54,709 bases of DNA from positions 1,336,863 through 1,391,571 of the forward strand of contig CP070633.1 in the NCBI GenBank assembly GCA_020356085.1. Reading direction: 5' to 3'. Below are positions 25,634 through 34,264 of the stretch, in pieces. A program made the position numbers and the translations under genes. This DNA comes from Candidatus Coatesbacteria bacterium. GTDB lineage: Bacteria > RBG-13-66-14 > B26-G2 > WVWN01. Within the stretch, counting starts at the first letter, position 1; every line of letters starts with the position of its first letter. The notes below the pieces were generated by a model that searched no databases, was not told the DNA's origin, and worked only from the letters and a program-made list of their open reading frames with translations.

Positions 25634-26521
25634 ATGATAGCGGCGGTTTTGAAATTGATGCGGCCCCGGCAGTGGACGAAGAACCTAATCCTCTTCGTCG
25701 CCGTCGTTTTCGCCGGGCGTGCCCTGGTCCTGACAGACGCGTTGAACTCGGTACTCGGATTCGTCCTCTTTTGCTTCCTCTCCAGCAGCGTTTACGTGCT
25801 CAACGACGTCGTCGACGCGCCGTACGACCGGCGCCACCCGGTAAAAAAAGACCGGCCGATTGCCTCCGGCCGGATCTCACGGGGCGCCGGCGCGGTCCTA
25901 TTCGCCGTCTTCGCCGCCGGTTCGTTGGGCCTATCGTTCTGGATGTTGGGCTGGAAATTCGGCGCGTGCGCGGTAACTTATTTCGTACTCAATCTCGGGT
26001 ATTCGTTCGGTCTGAAGCGCGTCGTCATCGTCGACGTCGTAGTCATCGCGATGGGCTTCGTCGCCCGCGCCGTAGCCGGTATATACGCCATCGTCGCCGA
26101 GCCCGGCCAGATCTCGGAATGGCTCCTTATCTGCACTTTCTTCCTCGCGCTTTTTCTGGGGTTTTCGAAACGGCGGGGGGAGATAACGGACCTCTCGGAA
26201 AACGCCGTCGCCCACCGGCCGATCCTGGCCTCCTACTCGCCGAAGCTCATCGACGAAATGGTGGGGATAACCACCGCCTCCTCCGTGATGTCGTATTCGC
26301 TGTACACCATTTGGCCCGGGACGGTAGCGCGGCTCGGGACCAAGAATATGATCTACACCATCCCGTTCGTCGTATACGGCATTTTCCGATACTTGTATTT
26401 AATCCACAAGAAAGGGAAGGGCGCCAGTCCCTCGGCCATTCTAATCGAGGACCGGCCGCTGCAGGGGAATATCCTCCTGTACGTGGCGGCCGTGTTTCTT
26501 ATCCTGTACGTCTTTAAGTAG
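25634..26521 (+). CDS. UbiA-family polyprenyl-phosphate phosphoribosyltransferase (decaprenyl-phosphate 5-phosphoribosyltransferase-like)
   Basis: MRPRQWTKNLILF..., Asp-rich motif LNDVVDAPYDRRHPVKKDRPIASG, about 8-9 TM helices. Confidence 0.75.
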   Translation: MIAAVLKLMRPRQWTKNLILFVAVVFAGRALVLTDALNSVLGFVLFCFLSSSVYVLNDVVDAPYDRRHPVKKDRPIASGRISRGAGAVLFAVFAAGSLGLSFWMLGWKFGACAVTYFVLNLGYSFGLKRVVIVDVVVIAMGFVARAVAGIYAIVAEPGQISEWLLICTFFLALFLGFSKRRGEITDLSENAVAHRPILASYSPKLIDEMVGITTASSVMSYSLYTIWPGTVARLGTKNMIYTIPFVVYGIFRYLYLIHKKGKGASPSAILIEDRPLQGNILLYVAAVFLILYVFK

Positions 26522-26535
26522 GCGCGACTTTACCG

Positions 26536-27546
26536 ATGGCGAAATTTTCCCGCAAAGCGCGGATCCTAGTAGGCCTGGCCGTCAGCTTGGTCTCGGCGGT
26601 GGTCCTCGCGTTCATTATAGATTGGCGGGAGTTCGCCGCCTCGCTCGCGCGCGTTAATTACGTTTACTTGATCCCGGCCACGGCCTGCATCTTGGGGTCC
26701 TACTACTGTCGGGCCCTCCAGTGGCGTTACGTTTTGGGCAACGTGCGGCGGCTGCCGTCCTACCCGCTATTCCGGATAACGATGATCGGCTTTTTCGCCA
26801 ACGCGATCTTGCCGGCCCGGCTCGGCGAGGTCGTCCGGGCCTATATTCTGGCCCGCAAAAACCACTTATCGAAGGGGACGGCGTTCGGGTCGGTAATCGT
26901 AACGCGCCTGTTGGACGGCGCGATTCTGTTTTTAATCCTGGGCGGGTTGGCGATCCTGATCCCCGCTAAGATCGCGGGCGTAAAGGCCGGCGGCACGACG
27001 GGGTTTCTGATCTATTTCGCCCTTGTCAGCTTTTTCGTTTTATTTTATTTTAATCGGGAGGCGGCGACCTCCATCTTGAAGTTCCTGTTCGCCCGCTTCT
27101 CGAAACGGCTAACGGTGAAAATCGTCCGGTCGTTGGACAAGTTTATCCGGGGTTTCAGCTGCTTCCGGAGTCCGGCGGACCTCGGTAAGGCGTTTTTATA
27201 TTCCGGCGCGATATGGTTGCTCGTAGCCCTCTCGTACTACTTCGTCAACCTCGGATTCAAGTTCACGGCGGCGCTGCCGCTGTACGCGCCGTTAATGCTG
27301 GTCGCGATCGTTAGTCTGGCGATATCCATACCGTCTTCGCCCGGGTTTATCGGAACCATGGAACTCGGCATTATAGCGGCCCTACACCTGATCGAGCCGG
27401 ACCTAACGCGGAACGAGGCGTTGTCGTACGCGATCGTCGTCCACGTCGTCCAGGTCTTGCCCGCGATCATTATCGGCTTATTCTACTCGTGGACCGAGCA
27501 CCTTACGATCGCCGACTTCACCAAAGCGGAGGAAATAAAGACGTAG
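26536..27546 (+). CDS. Flippase-like membrane protein (LPG_synthase_TM / UPF0104 family)
   Basis: Polytopic membrane protein with FFANAILPARLGEVVRAYILARKN, characteristic of the family. Confidence 0.65.
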   Translation: MAKFSRKARILVGLAVSLVSAVVLAFIIDWREFAASLARVNYVYLIPATACILGSYYCRALQWRYVLGNVRRLPSYPLFRITMIGFFANAILPARLGEVVRAYILARKNHLSKGTAFGSVIVTRLLDGAILFLILGGLAILIPAKIAGVKAGGTTGFLIYFALVSFFVLFYFNREAATSILKFLFARFSKRLTVKIVRSLDKFIRGFSCFRSPADLGKAFLYSGAIWLLVALSYYFVNLGFKFTAALPLYAPLMLVAIVSLAISIPSSPGFIGTMELGIIAALHLIEPDLTRNEALSYAIVVHVVQVLPAIIIGLFYSWTEHLTIADFTKAEEIKT

Positions 27547-27573
27547 GCCGCGCCATTTCGTAGGGAGAAAGCT

Positions 27574-27981
27574 ATGGCCATGAGTTACGCCGAACGCCGC
27601 ACGTACCCGCGCGCCGCCATCGACTACCGGGGCGTTTTGGAAACGGCGCATGGCGACAAGATCAACCTGCGCGCGCGCAACATATCGGGCTCCGGGATTT
27701 ATTTCGATACCGAGAAACGCCTTACCGAGTTTATCGAGGTATCGCTTACGGTCGTGCTGCCGCCGGTGGGAGGCGAGCCGGAACTCACCTTCCGCTGCGA
27801 CGGTATAATCGTCCGCGTTATCGACAACGCCGGCGAGGGGGACTGGCCGTTCGGCGCCGCGGTCCACTTCACCGACATCCGCGATTACCATCGCCATGCG
27901 GTTTGCGGGTACGTCGCCGCCGTCTTGGCCGAGAAGACGAAGCAATGGGAGGAGCGGAACGGCCGTCTCCCGAAATGTTAA
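27574..27981 (+). CDS. PilZ-domain protein (c-di-GMP receptor candidate)
   Basis: RxxxR (RRTYPR) followed by (D/N)xSxxG (NISGSG) at the expected spacing. 135 aa. Confidence 0.75.
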   Translation: MAMSYAERRTYPRAAIDYRGVLETAHGDKINLRARNISGSGIYFDTEKRLTEFIEVSLTVVLPPVGGEPELTFRCDGIIVRVIDNAGEGDWPFGAAVHFTDIRDYHRHAVCGYVAAVLAEKTKQWEERNGRLPKC

Positions 27982-28021
27982 CGGCGCCGGCGGCGAAAAG
28001 GCGAGCGGGCGGCGAGCTGGA

Positions 28022-28423
28022 GTGAGTACGATCCTCCGATACGGTCGGTGGGTAGCGACGGCTGCGGCGCTGGCCGGTTTAGCTTGTAGTTTCACACGCC
28101 GCTACCCCGATACTACTAAGCGGCCCGGCGGATACCGGGAAGTGGGGGCGGCCTCCTACTACGGCCGGGAATTCCACGGCCGCGCGACCGCCTCCGGCGA
28201 AAAGTTTGACATGAACGCGCTCACGGCGGCGCATAAAACGCTGCCGTTCGGTACGCGGGTGCGCGTTACCAATTTGGCGAATGACAAGAGCGTCGTCGTG
28301 CGGGTAAACGACCGCGGGCCGTTCGTCGAGGGGAGAATAATCGATCTCTCGTACGCGGCCGCCAAGAAGATCGGCATGGTGGAGGCGGGGGTCGTCCGCG
28401 TCGAGATCGTCGTCGTAAAATAA
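28022..28423 (+). CDS. rlpA: RlpA-like lytic transglycosylase (DPBB domain) lipoprotein
   Basis: [61 protein letters not shown] 28022 gives a lipoprotein-like leader (...ALAGLACSF) and avoids overlap with the PilZ gene. The start position is uncertain. Confidence 0.75.
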   Translation: MSTILRYGRWVATAAALAGLACSFTRRYPDTTKRPGGYREVGAASYYGREFHGRATASGEKFDMNALTAAHKTLPFGTRVRVTNLANDKSVVVRVNDRGPFVEGRIIDLSYAAAKKIGMVEAGVVRVEIVVVK

Positions 28424-28426
28424 ACT

Positions 28427-29533
28427 CTAGGGCGTGGTGACCAACGCCGTCGCCAGCTCGGCCAATTTCCCGAGCGCAGCGACGGCGATTCGTTCTTCGG
28501 TCGTGTGGGGTTTTTCCATACCGCACCCCATCACGAGGGAGGGGATGCCGCGGGCGTTGAAGACGTTGGCGTCCGAGCCGCCGCCTCCGGCTACGTGGTG
28601 CGGCTCCAAGCCTACGGCCTGCGACGCTCGGTCGAACAGCGCTACCGGCTCCGAGTCCTCGGCGAGGCGGTACGAGCGGTACGCCTCCTCCCACGCCAGG
28701 TCCACCTCGCCGCCGAAATCGGCGGCGGCTTTTTTTATAGCGGCGGTAAGGTGTTCTTTGTGCGCGACCAGTTTGGAGGCGTCGTGCGAACGGATCTCGC
28801 CGCTAATTTCCGCGCTTTCGGGAACGACGTTTATGGCGCGGCCGCCGGAGATCAGGCCGACGTTGGCGGTCGTTTCATGGTCCACGCGGCCCAGCCGCAT
28901 CCCGGCGATAGCCGCCGAGGCCATCTGGATGGCGTTGACGCCCTTTTCCGGCTCGATGCCGGCGTGGGCGGCGCGGCCCCGGAAGGTGGCCCGTACGATT
29001 TCGGAGGCGGGCGCCGCGGTGACCGCGTACCCCGGAGGTTCGGAGGCGTCGAGTACGAAACCCCGCCGGGCCGAGATCGCCCCGTAATCGGCGTGCTTGG
29101 CGCCCTGCAAGCCGATCTCTTCCGCGACGGTGAGGAGAATCTCTAGCGGCCGGGCTTGCGGGAGGCGGGGCGCTAGCAGCGCAAGCTCGATCAAAACCGC
29201 CGTCGCCGCCCGGTCGTCCGCTCCCAGAATGGTGTCGCCGCGGCTCGTTACGTAGCCGTTCTTTACGCGGGGTTTGACGCCGGCGCACGGCTCTACCGTG
29301 TCCAGGTGCGCGCTGAGAAGAAGAGGGTCGCCGGTACCTTCCGTCCGGATGAGGAGGTTCCCCGCGTCGCCGTCGATCAGGTCGGCGGCGTTATCCTCCA
29401 CGACGGTAGCCGCGCCGGCGAGGCGGTCGCAGACGTAATCGGCCACGTCCCGCTCCCGCTTGCCCGGGCCGTAGATGACGACGAGTTCCTTGAACGTCCG
29501 GAGTAGTTTCCGGGGGTTGATTTTGGCCGCCAC
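28427..29533 (-). CDS. M20-family metallopeptidase (peptidase T-like)
   Basis: LLLSAHLDTVEP, GADDRAA, EEIGLQGA and GGGGSDAN motifs typical of the M20/M42 clan. Confidence 0.75.
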   Translation of the reverse strand: MAAKINPRKLLRTFKELVVIYGPGKRERDVADYVCDRLAGAATVVEDNAADLIDGDAGNLLIRTEGTGDPLLLSAHLDTVEPCAGVKPRVKNGYVTSRGDTILGADDRAATAVLIELALLAPRLPQARPLEILLTVAEEIGLQGAKHADYGAISARRGFVLDASEPPGYAVTAAPASEIVRATFRGRAAHAGIEPEKGVNAIQMASAAIAGMRLGRVDHETTANVGLISGGRAINVVPESAEISGEIRSHDASKLVAHKEHLTAAIKKAAADFGGEVDLAWEEAYRSYRLAEDSEPVALFDRASQAVGLEPHHVAGGGGSDANVFNARGIPSLVMGCGMEKPHTTEERIAVAALGKLAELATALVTTP

Positions 29534-29542
29534 GGGAAGCCG

Positions 29543-30586
29543 TTAATCCTCGTCCCACGCGGCGACGACCGCCGGCCCCGCGAACCCGCCGAGGGTCTGA
29601 ACGAGCTGACCCGAGGTATCGTAGATACGGACGTTGCCGCCGCCCATTTCGGCTACGTAAACCCGGCCGTTTTTCTCGTCCGCGAAGACGTCCTCCGGCC
29701 GGGCCAAGCCGGGAACGACGAACTTCGCGACGGCGCGGTAATTACCGTGCGTCCCCGTTAGTGCTCGAGGGAGAGCGACCAGAACGCCGCTCGCCGTATC
29801 GACGACGTAGACTGAGCCCGCCGTGTCGTCCACGGCCACCGCTACCGGTTCGTCGAACCCGCCCACGGCGGCGACTTCCGCGGCATCGGAAGAGAGTTTC
29901 ACGACGCGCCCCTCGAGGCGGCTGGAAACCCACGCCCGGCCGTTAGCTTCGGCGGCCACGGCCCACGGGTTCTCCATCCCCGTATACCGACCGACCTCGA
30001 CGTTGCGGACCGCGACGGTGCCTCTCGCGGTGGAGGCGATTTTAACGACGGCGTCGTTTCCCTCGTCGGCTACCCAAACGTCGCCGGCGGTCGGGCCTAC
30101 GGCGAGGCCCCGCGGGTATTGAAATCCCGTAACCCGAGCGAGGACGGAACCGTCGGGGCCGAGGCGGAGGACGCGATTATTCCCTCGATCCGAGACCCAA
30201 CATTCCCCGGAGGCCTGACCGACCGCCAACGCCGCCGGATTAAGCACTAAAAATCCTTGTTCCGATCCCGGCGTCGCGAATATCGGGTCGCCGTTCGCGT
30301 TGAACTTCCGGATCCGATTGGTGTAGAAGTCGCACACCCACGTGTCGCCGTTGGCGAGGTAGATGCCGATGGCGTTCGGTTTGCTGAACATCGGCGGCCC
30401 GCCGACGTGTTTAAGACGGGCCCCCGCCATGTCGTATATTTCCACTTCCTTGTCCGGTTGGTCGGCCACCCATATGCGCATGCCGGTTATGGGGGGGCCG
30501 TTTCCTTCCGTGTCCGAGTCGCAAGCCGCCAACGCCAACGCGACGGCCGCGGCGGCGATTAACAAAAAATACTTCCTCATTGCCAT
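29543..30586 (-). CDS. NHL-repeat beta-propeller lipoprotein
   Basis: Lipoprotein signal MAMRKYFLLIAAAAVALALAAC. Repeated ...VWVADxGNNRV... type blades (for example CWVSDRGNNRVLRLGPDGS). Confidence 0.7.
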   Translation of the reverse strand: MAMRKYFLLIAAAAVALALAACDSDTEGNGPPITGMRIWVADQPDKEVEIYDMAGARLKHVGGPPMFSKPNAIGIYLANGDTWVCDFYTNRIRKFNANGDPIFATPGSEQGFLVLNPAALAVGQASGECWVSDRGNNRVLRLGPDGSVLARVTGFQYPRGLAVGPTAGDVWVADEGNDAVVKIASTARGTVAVRNVEVGRYTGMENPWAVAAEANGRAWVSSRLEGRVVKLSSDAAEVAAVGGFDEPVAVAVDDTAGSVYVVDTASGVLVALPRALTGTHGNYRAVAKFVVPGLARPEDVFADEKNGRVYVAEMGGGNVRIYDTSGQLVQTLGGFAGPAVVAAWDED

Positions 30587-30711
30587 GTCTTCTCACCCTT
30601 TGCGCGAGGAGGTCCCCCCGCCAGTTCCAGGTTTCAAGTGCGTCTCGTTACGGCGCCGACCGTAACCGTAAGTAGGATACTATATTTAACGTCGTTTTAC
30701 AATAACGGCCC

Positions 30712-31995
30712 TCAGCGGCGCTCGGCGCCCGGCACCCGGACGCCCGCGAAGATAATCGCCGCGACGACCTCCAACGCCGCCAACGAGGCCACGGCCAAGC
30801 GGTATTTGCCGACCGGCCAAGCGGCGGCGAGGTAAATTATCCCCCCCCACAGGAGCGGCCCGACGGTAGCCGCTACGCGGCTTGAGAGCGAGTACAGGCC
30901 AAAGAATTCCCCCTGTTCTTCCTCTGCCACCAGGCTGGCCAGGAACGGCCGGGCGGCGGTCCAAGTAAACCCCAGGCCCACGCCGACGAGACATCCCCCC
31001 ACCCAGAAGAGCGCGGGATGTTGGGCGACGGCGATTAGGACGAACGTCCCGGCCCACCCCAGCGCCGTAACGACCGTCGTCCGCCGGGGCCCCCAGCGGT
31101 CCGTAACGAACCCCGCCGCGGCGGCGCCGACGACGGCGAACGTGGTAGCGACCAGGAAGAGCGGGATTTTGGCCGAGTCCGGCATGCCGAAGACGACGTG
31201 GGCGTAGACCGCCATAAACACGATGGCCGTAGCGACCGGGTCCTGCAGGAACAGGTTGCCTATCAGGAATCGGAAGACGTGGGGGCGCCGCCTCGCCTCC
31301 CGGAACGTACGAGCGATTTTCCGCAGCCCCCACCACGGCGACCTCGCCTCCGCTCCCTCCCGCGATTCCTTCAACGCCAGGAACGTCGGGAGCGAGAACG
31401 CCAGGAAGAACAGCGCCGTGGGGATAAAAGCGGAGGCGCGGCCGGCCGGGAATCCGGGCACCCATCCCTGGACAAAGGGCCATACTAACAGGAGCCCGGC
31501 GATCGCGCCGACGTAACCCAGGGCCGTTCCCAGGCCGGATACGCGGCCGGTTTGCCCGGGAGGGGAGGCGGTCCGGAGTAGCGCGTTGTAGAAGGTCTGG
31601 CCGCCGATGTAGAAATAGTTGGCGAGGCCGAACGCCGCCAACGCTATGATGCCCGGAAGGTAATCGCCGCGGACCCAGAAGGCGACGTTGCCCAGCGCGA
31701 GCGTAAACGCCACGCACGCTGCGGTGTAAACCAGCAAGCAGCGGAGGCGGTTCTTGCGCGCGTCGGCCAGCGCGCCCAGGGCGGGCATCGTTAGGCCGAC
31801 GGCGATCATGGAGGCGGAGTAGGCGACGCTGTACGAGATGTCTTCGAAGCCCAGGTCGACGATGATCCACTGCGCGAAGTACATCGTAATGATATTCATC
31901 GAGAAGATGGTATTCGCGAAGTCGTACGCCGCCCACGCCCACGCCCGCCCGGGGAGGGTGAGATATAGCCCGGCTTTGATGCGTCGTCCGATCAT
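30712..31995 (-). CDS. MFS transporter (UMF1 / Atg22-like family)
   Basis: WAWAAYDFANTIFSMNIITMYF motif and 12 hydrophobic segments. ATG 31995 (MIGRRIK...) is preferred because the longer track ORF overlaps hutI. Confidence 0.7.
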   Translation of the reverse strand: MIGRRIKAGLYLTLPGRAWAWAAYDFANTIFSMNIITMYFAQWIIVDLGFEDISYSVAYSASMIAVGLTMPALGALADARKNRLRCLLVYTAACVAFTLALGNVAFWVRGDYLPGIIALAAFGLANYFYIGGQTFYNALLRTASPPGQTGRVSGLGTALGYVGAIAGLLLVWPFVQGWVPGFPAGRASAFIPTALFFLAFSLPTFLALKESREGAEARSPWWGLRKIARTFREARRRPHVFRFLIGNLFLQDPVATAIVFMAVYAHVVFGMPDSAKIPLFLVATTFAVVGAAAAGFVTDRWGPRRTTVVTALGWAGTFVLIAVAQHPALFWVGGCLVGVGLGFTWTAARPFLASLVAEEEQGEFFGLYSLSSRVAATVGPLLWGGIIYLAAAWPVGKYRLAVASLAALEVVAAIIFAGVRVPGAERR

Positions 31996-32018
31996 TTCGA
32001 TTTGAAATCGAGGCCCGC

Positions 32019-33272
32019 CTAAACCGGCGGATCGCGGAAAACGACCTCGCCTCCGGCCACCGTGAGCCACGCCCGCGCCGGCCCCCAGTCGTAGAAGAGC
32101 TCGTTTACGTCGCCGACGTCAAAGACGGCGACGTCCGCGGCCTTGCCCGCCTCCAGCGAACCGACGTGGTCCGCCAGCCCCAACGAGTACGCGGCGTTAA
32201 TCGTAACCGCGTGGAGCATCTCCGCCGGCCGGAGCCGAAGGTACGTCGCCGCCGGCGTTAGAATCGTGCGAAGCGAGGCCGCGTGGCACGACCCGGGGTT
32301 GTGGTCGCTCCCGACCGCTATCAGCGCGCCGGCCTCCACGAGTTTCCGCGCCGGCGCGAAGTGTCCCGACCCCAAGAATATCGTCGTTCCGGGGAGGAGC
32401 CCGGCCACCGTATTCGACGCCGCCAGCGCGCGGACGCCGGCGTCGGTGACGACGGCGAGGTGGTCGACCGCGGCCGCTCCCAGCTCGACCGCCAGCTCCG
32501 TACCGCCCAGCGCCTCGAACTCGTCGGCGTGGAGCCGGAGTTCCAGGCCGGCCTCCCGGGAGGCGCGAAGGAGAGTTTCCGTTTCCTCGCGGGAGAAGGC
32601 GCCGCGGTCGCAGAAAACGTCGGCGTAGCGGGCCAGGCCGGAGGCGGCCACGGCCGGCGTCATCTCCTCCGCCACGAGGCGGACGAACTCCTCGCGGCGT
32701 GAGGCATACTCCGGCGGAAGGGCGTGCGCCCCCAAGAACGTGGGTACTACCCGAAGCGGCGTCTCCTTATCCAAGCGCGCGGCCACGCGAAGCATTTTGA
32801 GTTCGGCCTCGGTCGTCAGGCCGTAGCCGCTCTTAACCTCCGCCGTCGTTGTGCCGTGACGCAGCATCACCTTCGCCCTCCGGCGCGCGGAGGCGAATAG
32901 GTCCTCCTCGGTAGCTTGCTGCGTATGCCGGACGGAGGTGTGGATCCCGCCCCCGGCCTCGAAGATCTCGAGGTAGGAGGCGCCGCCGAGCCGTTGCTCG
33001 TATTCGTCGGCCCGCGAGCCGCCGTAGACGAGGTGGGTGTGGCAATCTACCAAGCCGGGAGTGACGAGCCGGCCGCCGCAATCGACGGCGTCGCAGTCGT
33101 CGCCGGCGAGCCCGGCGAGATCGGCGCGCGCTCCCACGGCGATAATTAACCCCTCTCGCATTAATACGGCGTCGCCGTCGGCTACGGTTTTTTCGGCCAG
33201 CGCGGCGCGGCGCCGCGGCCCTCCGGCGGCGGTGAAGATCTGGCCGGCGTTATAAAGTAGTAATTCGGCCAT
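32019..33272 (-). CDS. hutI: Imidazolonepropionase
   Basis: GLVDCHTHLVYGGSRADEYEQRLGGASYLEI, HADE and GSDHNPGS motifs. ATG 33272 (MAELLLYNAGQI...) is preferred. Confidence 0.85.
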   Translation of the reverse strand: MAELLLYNAGQIFTAAGGPRRRAALAEKTVADGDAVLMREGLIIAVGARADLAGLAGDDCDAVDCGGRLVTPGLVDCHTHLVYGGSRADEYEQRLGGASYLEIFEAGGGIHTSVRHTQQATEEDLFASARRRAKVMLRHGTTTAEVKSGYGLTTEAELKMLRVAARLDKETPLRVVPTFLGAHALPPEYASRREEFVRLVAEEMTPAVAASGLARYADVFCDRGAFSREETETLLRASREAGLELRLHADEFEALGGTELAVELGAAAVDHLAVVTDAGVRALAASNTVAGLLPGTTIFLGSGHFAPARKLVEAGALIAVGSDHNPGSCHAASLRTILTPAATYLRLRPAEMLHAVTINAAYSLGLADHVGSLEAGKAADVAVFDVGDVNELFYDWGPARAWLTVAGGEVVFRDPPV

Positions 33273-33282
33273 ATTCGTTCCG

Positions 33283-34245
33283 CTAAAAGTGGGGATTCCC
33301 ATTCTCGATCAGGAGGTCGCCGCCGTCCGTCACCAGCGTGGGGGCCCGGATGACGCCGTCGACGTGGATCGCGACGTCGTTGTCGCCGCCGAAGCCGACG
33401 TTATTTCCGAACGCGAGGTGGACCGTTCCGAGAACCTTTTCGTCTTCCAGGACGACGCCCCGGACTTCCGCCTCCGGGTGCGTCCCCACCCCGAGCTCGG
33501 CGAGCACTTTTCCGCCGTCCCCGAACGGCTCTAGCATCCGGGACAGCGCCTCCGCCTCCGCCCCTCCCGCAATAGAGGTGGCGAGGCCGTCTTCGAATTC
33601 AACCGTTATGGGGGCCGACAGCAGGCCGACGCCCGCGAAAGAGCCGTCGAAGACGGCGACCCCCGTACTACCCGCCAGGACCGGGCCACCGCAAGCCTCG
33701 CCGGCGGGGAGATTGCCGAAGTCGCCCGGTTGGTGGTACAGGCCCGTGTCGGCGGAGAACTCGACGCCGGCGGCGTTAATCGTCATGTCGGTTCCGCTCT
33801 CGGAGGTAAGTCGGAATGAATCCACCTCCCGAAGCCGCTCCGCCAGTACCCGCGTGCGCGCGGCAACGTCGCGGTAATCGACGGCCATGGTCCGCACCAT
33901 TATGTCTTCCGTAATCCCGGGGAGGGAGGCGGCTCGCGCGCCGGCCCGGCTCGCGGCCTTACGGGCGCGCGTATGGGAGAGCGAAAAATGCGTGGCGAGG
34001 AGGAGCAGGGCGCTGTCGCGCATAAGCGCCGCGACCGGCGCCGGCGGTTCCTCGCCGTTTACCTCTCGCGGGCGCATAACGGCCAGCACCGGTTCGGCGT
34101 CCAGCTCGTGGGCCGCGTGAGCGAGGGCCTCTCCCACGGCGCGCGTTAGGTCGTCGGTCACTACCGCGACGACCTCGCCGGATCGGACGTTCATGCAATC
34201 GGCCAGCGTATGGCGCGCGGCCGTTTGCAAATCTTCGTGGGGCAT
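33283..34245 (-). CDS. M29-family (aminopeptidase T / NicX-like) protein
   Basis: From MPHEDLQTAARHTLADCMNVRSGEVVAVVTD... to ...HVDGVIRAPTLVTDGGDLLIENG. ATG 34245 avoids the Pro/Ser-rich extension that overlaps the upstream gene. Confidence 0.6.
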   Translation of the reverse strand: MPHEDLQTAARHTLADCMNVRSGEVVAVVTDDLTRAVGEALAHAAHELDAEPVLAVMRPREVNGEEPPAPVAALMRDSALLLLATHFSLSHTRARKAASRAGARAASLPGITEDIMVRTMAVDYRDVAARTRVLAERLREVDSFRLTSESGTDMTINAAGVEFSADTGLYHQPGDFGNLPAGEACGGPVLAGSTGVAVFDGSFAGVGLLSAPITVEFEDGLATSIAGGAEAEALSRMLEPFGDGGKVLAELGVGTHPEAEVRGVVLEDEKVLGTVHLAFGNNVGFGGDNDVAIHVDGVIRAPTLVTDGGDLLIENGNPHF

Positions 34246-34264
34246 AACGGTACTCCTCCCGCGG

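Noticed and set aside
27896-28021. An N-terminal extension of the RlpA ORF overlapping the PilZ gene by 86 nt
   Set aside because: The extension is Arg/Ser/Gly-rich and has no signal peptide. The internal GTG at 28022 gives a lipoprotein-like leader and removes the overlap.
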